Assembly (NCBI GenBank): GCA_033764955.1
Contig: JANRIL010000011.1
Location: 32,001 to 96,000 of the forward strand
Length of the DNA stretch: 64,000 nt
Source of the DNA: Cyanobacteriota bacterium
GTDB taxonomy: Bacteria > Cyanobacteriota > Cyanobacteriia > Thermostichales > Thermostichaceae
Direction: 5' to 3'
The translations under genes and the position numbers were made by a program. Numbering within the stretch: the first letter of the stretch is position 1; every line of letters begins with the position of its first letter. Below the pieces are notes generated by a model. That model was not told where the DNA came from. It was given only the letters and a program-made list of their open reading frames with translations, and did no database searches. Shown one piece after another: positions 52,151 through 59,218 of this stretch.

Positions 52151-52584
52151 AGGACAAACTCCAAAATCGATAACCCCGTGCCAGGGAGCAAGGCCAGAAG
52201 ACGGAAAGGGGCGACGGCAACCGTAGGGCTTGTTCGCGCCAGCGTGCCCAAGGCGCAAGTTTTTCCGACCTGCCTTTTTAGGAAAAAGTTTTGACGGCGT
52301 ACATTTCACCCCTTGGAGTCTGAGTCGCCGCAGATCCTACGCTCAGGGGTCGATTTCTGGGGTGTCTGTTTGTCCACGAAGTTTGCCATAAGCAGGGGTT
52401 CGCTTTACTGCTGAACTGGATGAACGGATTTTCATTGGGGAGTGGAATGGCGGCGCGGTGGTGGGTGGGTCAAGCCGCTTCATCATTAGGGATCCCTAAA
52501 AGTCAATAGGTTCTAGGGATCCCCTAAAACAAAGGGATCCCTCAAAACAACGAGATAGTGCTACGCACACACAAGGTCAGTTCC

Positions 52585-52746
52585 TCAAAATGGCCAGTCA
52601 AAAGGTAGGGATCCCCATTCTTCCATCTCCCATAATTCCCGCTCTGCTTCACGGAGTTTTTCTCGCTGGTCAATTTCTAAATCGAGGGATCCCCATTCGG
52701 CTTGAGCCACGAGGAAATCAACCATTGGGTCGCCACTTCTGTACAT
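52585..52746 (-). CDS. 53-aa acidic hypothetical protein (not in ORF track)
   Basis: MYRSGDPMVDFL...EWGSLPFDWPF, directly after an array motif. Confidence 0.4.
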   Translation of the reverse strand: MYRSGDPMVDFLVAQAEWGSLDLEIDQREKLREAERELWEMEEWGSLPFDWPF

Positions 52747-52762
52747 AATCAACACTCATCAA

Positions 52763-53095
52763 CTACACCCGCTCCGTAGGACTGTTGACACTTGCCAAGA
52801 TTTGCTCTTGTTGCCGTTGAATAACTTTTAGGGAGGAGACTCTATGGCAGATTGCAGTTTTTATATCTTCCATTTGGTCAAGTAAGTAGCCGTATGCTTC
52901 ACCAGCACCATTTTCAGGTAGAGCATCAAAGGCAGCGCGTAATGAGAAGTAGACCTTGAGTTTGTTTTTCAGCCATTGCGCTTGAGATTCTAGTTCTGCT
53001 AGTTGGATAGAATCGGGATTTCTGGCGTTCATTAACTCCAGGATTCGTTGCTCTAATTCGGTCAAATCAGAACTTAATTTCTGTAAGGCGGTCAT
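52763..53095 (-). CDS. Coiled-coil hypothetical protein
   Basis: GGAG RBS, first gene of the array. Confidence 0.6.
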   Translation of the reverse strand: MTALQKLSSDLTELEQRILELMNARNPDSIQLAELESQAQWLKNKLKVYFSLRAAFDALPENGAGEAYGYLLDQMEDIKTAICHRVSSLKVIQRQQEQILASVNSPTERV

Positions 53096-53200
53096 CGTTA
53101 AGTCTCCACATTTTCACTCCTTTCCGTAGGACTATTTGGTTTGGGTTTATTTGTTGCGTGGGATAGGGATCCCTTGACTCTGTGACGGTGGACAGGGAAC

Positions 53201-53244
53201 TGATATGGATTTGATATGGATTTAATACGGAACTAATACGGATT
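53201..53244. repeat. Four tandem 11-bp repeats (TRATAYGGA..) in divergent intergenic region
   Basis: TGATATGGATT TGATATGGATT TAATACGGAAC TAATACGGATT. Confidence 0.75.
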
Positions 53245-53346
53245 ATCGATTATGCCTTTGGCACGCTTGCGCGAACACTTGCCTAGTCATGTGCCCAGGT
53301 CTTCAAAGGACTCTGTGATACGGTCGGAATAGGGGGGATGTGAAGT

Positions 53347-53520
53347 ATGGACAAAGGCAAGATCAAGCAACTGCGCCTCTCTCTGGGGATGACTCAGGAA
53401 CAATTTGCGGCGGCTTTGGGGTGTACTACATCCACCGTTGTGCGCTGGGAAAGTGGCAAATCTTCTCCCTCCCCGTTGGCGCAACAATCCATGTTCAAAC
53501 TGGCTCCTGCGTTTGCCTAG
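53347..53520 (+). CDS. XRE/Cro-type HTH regulator, 57 aa (not in ORF track)
   Basis: MDKGKIKQLRLSLGMTQEQFAAALGCTTSTVVRWESGKSSP. Confidence 0.85.
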   Translation: MDKGKIKQLRLSLGMTQEQFAAALGCTTSTVVRWESGKSSPSPLAQQSMFKLAPAFA

Positions 53521-53586
53521 TCATCTGCTCTGGAGAACTGAATTCACCCTGAATATCGTGGTCATAAATGGACTTAGGGATCCGAT

Positions 53587-54297
53587 ATGGCACGAAATAA
53601 AGGGATTATTCAACTGCAAGGAACGGTAGGGGGTTTGACCTTCAAACGGGATGGCACGATTAGTCAGGCGGTGGGATCCCGTCCGGTGACGGCGGAACGA
53701 ACGAAGGAAAATAACACTGAATTTGCCATTGCTGCCAAGCAAGCCAAGGTGATCCGGGATGCCTTGCGGGGCTTAGATGTAGGCGACCGCTTTCTGGCAG
53801 GGCGGATGGTGAAGGTGGTGCGCTCTGGGGTGGCGTTGGATCCCGATAATGAGCGGGGTAAACGGATCTTGTCGAATAACGAGGCGCGGCAGGTGTTGCC
53901 TAAGTTTGAGTTGAACGGCAATGCCAATCTGACTTCGGTGGCTCCGCTGGCGTGGGTAGTGGCAGGAGATGCGCTGACGATTACCAAGATGGGGGGCGGG
54001 GTGCTGACTCCTCGGGATATTTATGCTCCAGCGGGGACTACGGATATCTCGGTGATGGCGTTGGTGGCGACTGTGAATTTGGATCCTGATGTGTTGAGCG
54101 TGGTGGAGGCGGGAATGACGGCGTTTCCGGTGGTGGGAAATCCGGGTGCGGCTGAGTGGAGTGTGCCGTTGCCGGAAGATCCAAACTTGCTGACTTTGGG
54201 GGCAGTGGGGGTGAAGTTCTTTCAGCGTGTCAACGGCGAGTTGTATTCGCTGCGGAATGGATCCTATGACGTGGCTCAGATTGTGGTGGTGCGGTAA
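53587..54297 (+). CDS. Hypothetical protein, candidate virion/structural protein
   Basis: 236 aa; basic N-terminal half, beta-rich C-terminal half; directly upstream of lysis-like genes. Confidence 0.6.
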   Translation: MARNKGIIQLQGTVGGLTFKRDGTISQAVGSRPVTAERTKENNTEFAIAAKQAKVIRDALRGLDVGDRFLAGRMVKVVRSGVALDPDNERGKRILSNNEARQVLPKFELNGNANLTSVAPLAWVVAGDALTITKMGGGVLTPRDIYAPAGTTDISVMALVATVNLDPDVLSVVEAGMTAFPVVGNPGAAEWSVPLPEDPNLLTLGAVGVKFFQRVNGELYSLRNGSYDVAQIVVVR

Positions 54298-54309
54298 GCC
54301 GGGGGTCAC

Positions 54310-54579
54310 ATGGAGAGTGCATTTCAAACGGTGAAGGGTTGGCTGACGGATGGCAAGGTGTTCCAGGGTCTCATGGTGGCGGGGCTTATTAAGCTGGTCA
54401 GCTTGGGCTTTGGTTTGCAGGAACAGGCTTTGCAAACGCAGCATCAGTTGACGGTTATTTCCGATGATCTGGTGGTGTTGAAAGGGGATGTGGATCAACT
54501 GAACCGGGTTTCAGCGGCTAATCAGGTTCACACCCAGTATTTTCTGGCACGGCTGGACAAGTTGGAGAAAAAGCAGTGA
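54310..54579 (+). CDS. Small membrane/coiled-coil protein (holin- or spanin-like)
   Basis: One hydrophobic segment plus coiled coil, basic C-terminus. Confidence 0.5.
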   Translation: MESAFQTVKGWLTDGKVFQGLMVAGLIKLVSLGFGLQEQALQTQHQLTVISDDLVVLKGDVDQLNRVSAANQVHTQYFLARLDKLEKKQ

Positions 54580-54764
54580 ATCATGGGGTGCTTTGTCTAA
54601 TTGTGATCATCTTTGCGGCGGGATCCCTGGGTTTGGCGGCGGTGGATCCCGAGTATCGTCCTCGGTTTGCGGATTTGGCGCAGATGGGGCTGAGTGGGTT
54701 CTTGGGGTATTTGGTGCCGTCGCCACTGGCTAAGAAAAAGGATGAGAAAGGAGTGGGGGAATGA
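54576..54764 (+). CDS. Small two-TM protein (holin-like)
   Basis: Two hydrophobic segments, charged tail; overlaps both neighbours. Confidence 0.55.
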   Translation: MNHGVLCLIVIIFAAGSLGLAAVDPEYRPRFADLAQMGLSGFLGYLVPSPLAKKKDEKGVGE

Positions 54765-55210
54765 ATAGTGTGCAGGTCAGCGTGGCGGAGCCAGATTGGA
54801 ATAATCCGGCGGCTCGATTATCGACGTATTTCCGGGTGGGGGAGATGACTTTGGGGGATCCCAGACGGATTCCACTGGATCCGGTGGTGAAGGCACGGAT
54901 CGTGAGGTTTGCCCAGGAGTTGAATAAGGTACGAGCGGCGTGGGGGAGTGGGTTGGGGGTGACGAGTTGGTATCGCCCTTACTTGGTGAATCTGGCGGTG
55001 GGGGGTGTCCCTAACAGTCAGCATGTGTTGGGCTGGGCGGCGGATGTCTATCCGGTCAATGGCAAGATCTCAGAGTTTCAGACCTGGATTGACCTGCGAT
55101 GGTCGGGGGGGTTGGGCTATGGGGCGCAGAAGGGTTTTGTGCATCTGGATGCGCGGGATGGGTTTCCCTGTTTTGGGGATAGGAAGAGGGGTGTACGTTG
55201 GATTTATTGA
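54761..55210 (+). CDS. Peptidase M15A family protein (endolysin-like)
   Basis: VTSWYR..N.AVGG..NSQH..G.AAD...GFVHLD.R. Confidence 0.88.
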   Translation: MNSVQVSVAEPDWNNPAARLSTYFRVGEMTLGDPRRIPLDPVVKARIVRFAQELNKVRAAWGSGLGVTSWYRPYLVNLAVGGVPNSQHVLGWAADVYPVNGKISEFQTWIDLRWSGGLGYGAQKGFVHLDARDGFPCFGDRKRGVRWIY

Positions 55211-55335
55211 TGGGGTAGAGGGATCCCTGACCTGCTCTTACCTCTAAATCCAGATAACGCCGCGCTCTGCGGCAAATTTGGAGTGCAGCGGAAAAATTGT
55301 CCGGCAGCAGCGCTTTGTTAAGCATGCCAAGCTCA

Positions 55336-56286
55336 CTAGTAACTTTTAATTTTCGGTGTTGCAAAGTTCGAAAATCCTGAGAAATCCGGGTAGATCGTTG
55401 AATGCCTGTAACCAAAGAGCTTATCTAGTCTTCGGCGAATATCCTCTTTTGCTTGCGCTTTAATTCTGAACGTATACAGGGCACCAGATCCAGCGCTTTT
55501 TCCCTTAACTGGTTAAAACACATGAGGTCTTGCTGCTATGCAGCACGCTTTTCTCCCTTCTTCAATCGTCCACCAACCGTCTTTATAGTTGGGAGACTTC
55601 GGAAATTGGAATTTCTTATTATCGGGCTTATTTGACGCAGGCACACCACCAAATAAGAAGCCCCCATTTTGGGCTGCGATTCGTGCGTCTAAATTGGAGG
55701 GTTTCCAAGCAAAAACCGACGTAGTCCATGCCTTCTTATCTATTCCATCTTCTCCGCCAGACTTCCATGGTTTGCTAAAATCGTCTTCCCATAAACGAAA
55801 AATATCATTCTCGTTAATTAGCCGATCGGTCACGTCAAATGCGAATAGTCTTGCGTCCTTATCTTCGTGAACTCGAACTCCGTTGTTCCATTTTTCTTCA
55901 ACCGCAAACCATACACCCACCCAAGCATTGAAAGTGATATCTATTAAGCGTGTAGGCGCACCATAATGTTGAAGCATTGCAAGCTGATTTAGTATAGAAA
56001 GCCGTCCCGTCTGGGAGGATGAGTGCAGCCCCCATCGGTGCAACTCAGCGAGAATATCTTTCTCTTCTTTCGCAATGTCATCTTCAGTAAGAACCTTACC
56101 TTTTGTAAGATTCATCCTTCGATACAAAGAACTATGAAGCGCCCAACTTGCGTCAATCTGACCTCGCCAAGCAAACTTAATATTCTTGCTTACGGCCTTT
56201 TCCATAACTTGGTTGATGACTGTAAGCAATCCATTAAAGTCGGCAATCTCTTTTTCAAAGGGCTTCCAGAAATCTTCAGCACTCAA
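55336..56286 (-). pseudogene. FRG domain protein with internal nonsense codon
   Basis: WRGQ, QHYGAPTRLID, RIAAQNG.F; same frame continues past TAA 55513 to ...TIYPDFSGF...TAG 55336. Confidence 0.8.
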
Positions 56287-56611
56287 AATATGCTTCCTTT
56301 TCGCTTAATCCGTGATTAAACTGCAGTGGGAGGTCTCCATGCGGATCTATCACTCAAATTGTAATGATAAACGGCATAAAAACCCAAGTTCTATTTGAAT
56401 GCTAGAATTGTATCTGAAAAGGACTATCAGGTCAAATTATATTAAGTTCCAAGAAGCTCACAGAGGGCTATGGATAATATGCGTATTGTTTGGATAATCG
56501 GCATAATCCATGAGCAACTTCCCAGCGGTGAACCCCAGGTTCGACAAAGTAAAGTACCCTTCCCACCACACCAAAATCCTGCGAGGGGATCATCCCGTAA
56601 ATTAGCGGAAA

Positions 56612-56708
56612 GGGTTTGTTCATCTGGATGCGTGTGCTGGGATCCCGTGTTTTAGGGAATAGGTAGTGCGGAACCCGGGGGATTTGTTGAGGGGGATAGA
56701 GGGATCCC
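56612..56708 (+). repeat. Degenerate duplicate of the endolysin 3' end and downstream bases (55132-55228)
   Basis: GFVHLDACAGIPCLGNR* versus GFVHLDARDGFPCFGDRK; both end ..TAGAGGGATCCC. Confidence 0.75.
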
Positions 56709-56844
56709 ATGTGGTCATTGGCTCCAGGCTTTTGCTTAAGATATCTCAGAGATTGAAGCCGATTTATCCCCAACACCTATTCACATAAATTTTGCTTCTT
56801 AGTATCTAGTAACTTGGTGTAAGTAGTTTCCTCAAATTTACTAT

Positions 56845-57285
56845 CTATACTAGATTCTTTACAGAAGCATTAGAGATCATGCACAACTCATTTGCCACCT
56901 GGACTCTATGACAGCGGCTTGGATCCAATTCGGCGCAAAGTAAAACTACATTATCAGTTTCGACAATTTTTGAGATTTCCCTCAGGATTAAATCTGCATT
57001 TTTAAGATCAGGTGGAACCCATTTATTGGTTTTAGTAGTATTTCCTAAAGCAGTTGCTGAAATATACTTTACACCAATTGATTTGCAAAAATTTTCTACT
57101 TCATCTCGATACCATATTCTGCTCCAAGCTTTGGGAGAAAGTCTCACATCAATTAGGTATTTAAGATCATATTGCAAGAAATAGCTTCCTAATTGAGAAT
57201 AGGAAGTTCGGTTGCCGTAACCGAAAGTAAAAATTACTTTTTGACTTAGTAGATCATCATCCATCTTTTTTCCTAATTGACTCAC
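56845..57285 (-). CDS. DUF488 domain protein
   Basis: IFTFGY, LIDVRLSP, LGN, LLCAE.DP..CHR. Confidence 0.85.
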   Translation of the reverse strand: MSQLGKKMDDDLLSQKVIFTFGYGNRTSYSQLGSYFLQYDLKYLIDVRLSPKAWSRIWYRDEVENFCKSIGVKYISATALGNTTKTNKWVPPDLKNADLILREISKIVETDNVVLLCAELDPSRCHRVQVANELCMISNASVKNLV

Positions 57286-58055
57286 CCTAAAGGTGGGTAG
57301 AACAGTCCAATAATCATAAAAGTGTTTTTATGATTCTTAAGATTCCCTACTATAAAGTGTAACTCCTTTTTGTACATAAACTCATTCTCTAGTTTTAGTC
57401 GGACTTTCTCGAGAGCTTCAGATTCCTTTCCAAGGATATCTTTAGCTTGTGATTTCAAACGACAATTTCTATACAATTGCATAATCTCCCAATCGCTTAT
57501 TGTGAAATTGTGAAGCGTATTGTCTGTTTCGAGAAATCGATAGCCAAACTGATAAGGTATTTTCTCCAAATTCGAAGAAGGCTCAAACATATCCATTTGA
57601 TCAAGTATAGCTTCTTGCCTTGGACTCCACTCCCTGCTAGTTTCTTTGTGAAAGTATTTAAGAATTTGTTTTGGCTTTATCATCCCTAAAGATTTATTTA
57701 AGGACTTTATTTCACACAAAGTTTGAGATTCAAGAGGATATAACAGGGATTTTCTCTCTGCCCAACTATTTTTAGTGTCAATTTTTCTTATGACCCTTAT
57801 CGACTGATCGTCGATCCGATAACTTTCGACTCTGTAATCCTTGTCGTTCCGCTCGATGTCTGCTTCAATAATTGACCATCGTGGATATTGCTGATCAATA
57901 CTAAGGTCGCGGAATCGGATTGGATAAATGCGGATCCATTCTATTGGCTGATCGTTATTATCAAGGAGAACTCCAGCAGTGCAGACAGTCTCTTTATATT
58001 TTCTGCTTATAGATGGATAGGTTTTTGTTGCAATCAGTATTCTCTTCCTTTCCAT
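57282..58055 (-). CDS. Hypothetical protein coupled to DUF488
   Basis: KTYP..S.KY.ETVCTAG..WIRIYPIRFR..DWE..IIGLFYPP; overlaps DUF488 start; low GC. Confidence 0.7.
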   Translation of the reverse strand: MERKRILIATKTYPSISRKYKETVCTAGVLLDNNDQPIEWIRIYPIRFRDLSIDQQYPRWSIIEADIERNDKDYRVESYRIDDQSIRVIRKIDTKNSWAERKSLLYPLESQTLCEIKSLNKSLGMIKPKQILKYFHKETSREWSPRQEAILDQMDMFEPSSNLEKIPYQFGYRFLETDNTLHNFTISDWEIMQLYRNCRLKSQAKDILGKESEALEKVRLKLENEFMYKKELHFIVGNLKNHKNTFMIIGLFYPPLG

Positions 58056-58150
58056 GATTTCATTATTGCCCTATAGATTAACGTTGACTCTGTTTAAAGA
58101 ATTATCACCTCACATGGGAGTTTTGGCGAATTTGCTTAAAATTCGCTGCA

Positions 58151-58804
58151 TTAGTGCGCCCGAAACGACCACAGCACTCGCCCGACTACCGCAAAATCCT
58201 CGGGTGGGTTCCGTAAATCAATCTGAAATGGTTCATAGGCAGGATTATCACTCATCACCCGCAATTGCCGCCCTGGCAGTAGATGCAACCGCTTCACCAA
58301 CAGCGTCTCATCCAACCGCAGCACACTAATCCCTTCCACCACCTCACGCGGCTTCGTATCCACCAAAATCAGATCCCCAGAACGCAACGTCGGTTCCATC
58401 GATTCCCCCCGCACCGAGATCAGATTCAACCCCTCAGGACTGGTGTGGCAGTGCAACCGGATCCACCCCTCACTAAAGGCAATCACCTCTTCCGGATCAA
58501 CCTCTTCCACAAACGTGCCCAACCCTGCCCCGGCACTGATGTCATAAATCGGGATCCGTACCAACCGATCTTCTGACGGTGGCTGAGGCATCTTGCGAAA
58601 CATCGGACCCTCACCACTCACCAACCAATCCACACTCACCCCCGAACAGCGGGAAATCAACGCCAACCGATCCGCCGTCGGCTGGGATCCCGACATATAT
58701 TTGCGGAGCGTACTATCCGGCAAGCCACAGCGATTGGCGAAATGAAAGACCGTTTCTTCACCCAACAGCAAGCGCAGACGGTCTTGGATGGTTTGTTTGG
58801 ACAT
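58151..58804 (-). CDS. CI/LexA-like repressor (HTH plus S24 peptidase)
   Basis: N-terminal HTH, SAGAG cleavage region, GESMEP Ser and VKRL Lys. Confidence 0.92.
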   Translation of the reverse strand: MSKQTIQDRLRLLLGEETVFHFANRCGLPDSTLRKYMSGSQPTADRLALISRCSGVSVDWLVSGEGPMFRKMPQPPSEDRLVRIPIYDISAGAGLGTFVEEVDPEEVIAFSEGWIRLHCHTSPEGLNLISVRGESMEPTLRSGDLILVDTKPREVVEGISVLRLDETLLVKRLHLLPGRQLRVMSDNPAYEPFQIDLRNPPEDFAVVGRVLWSFRAH

Positions 58805-58881
58805 GGCATAGCCCCAAGCACTATTGACACTGTATCAGAAGAGGGGAGTAAACTCTTATGATAGTGAGAGCAATATTACCA

Positions 58882-58897
58882 GTTTTACTAGTAAAAC
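58882..58897. promoter_or_regulatory. Palindromic operator, copy 1
   Basis: Perfect palindrome GTTTTACTAGTAAAAC between divergent repressor and ner. Confidence 0.7.
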
Positions 58898-58959
58898 GCT
58901 AGATGTCAAGGTGTTCTCTCTGTAAAACTTACCTAATCTGATGACAAGGAGCGAAACCG

Positions 58960-59175
58960 TTGAATCGAGAGGATATCAAGGCTGTGTTGCGGAAGCAGGG
59001 ATATACCCTGTCCCATGCGGCAAGAGAGCTAGGAGTCAGTAAGCAGGCGTTGACTATGGTTCTGTCTGGCAAGCGTTCATCACGGATTGAGGCATGGATT
59101 GCCGAGCAGTTGGCGATGCGACCAGAAGAGGTGTGGCCGGAACGATACTCACAGGATGAAGCAGGTGAATCTTGA
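58960..59175 (+). CDS. Ner/Nlp-family DNA-binding protein
   Basis: DIKAVLRKQGYTLS...IAEQL...PEEVWPERY. Confidence 0.85.
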   Translation: MNREDIKAVLRKQGYTLSHAARELGVSKQALTMVLSGKRSSRIEAWIAEQLAMRPEEVWPERYSQDEAGES

Positions 59176-59193
59176 GAGCATTCACACTATCTG

Positions 59194-59209
59194 GTTTTAC
59201 TAGTAAAAC
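59194..59209. promoter_or_regulatory. Palindromic operator, copy 2
   Basis: Identical GTTTTACTAGTAAAAC 10 bp upstream of primase start. Confidence 0.7.
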
Positions 59210-59218
59210 GGAACGGCT

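Larger units (their letters stand above)
48339..53133 (-). repeat. Nine copies of gene-start-associated motif AGTCCTACGG-N5-GTG
   Basis: Plus-strand copies start at 48339, 49213, 49685, 50049, 50439, 50648, 50862, 52766, 53115. Confidence 0.85.

Noticed and set aside
48339..53133. CRISPR array interpretation of the AGTCCTACGG repeats
   Set aside because: Repeats are short and degenerate, spacing is irregular (200-1900 bp), intervals are whole ORFs, and no cas genes are present
53340..53629. ORF-track calls 53340-53552 and 53405-53629
   Set aside because: The third frame (53347-53520) encodes a clear XRE HTH and is the better call
53773..54498. 241-aa minus-strand ORF and similar long antisense ORFs (7171-7914, 26649-27320)
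   Set aside because: Shadows of well-supported genes on the opposite strand, with no recognisable motifs
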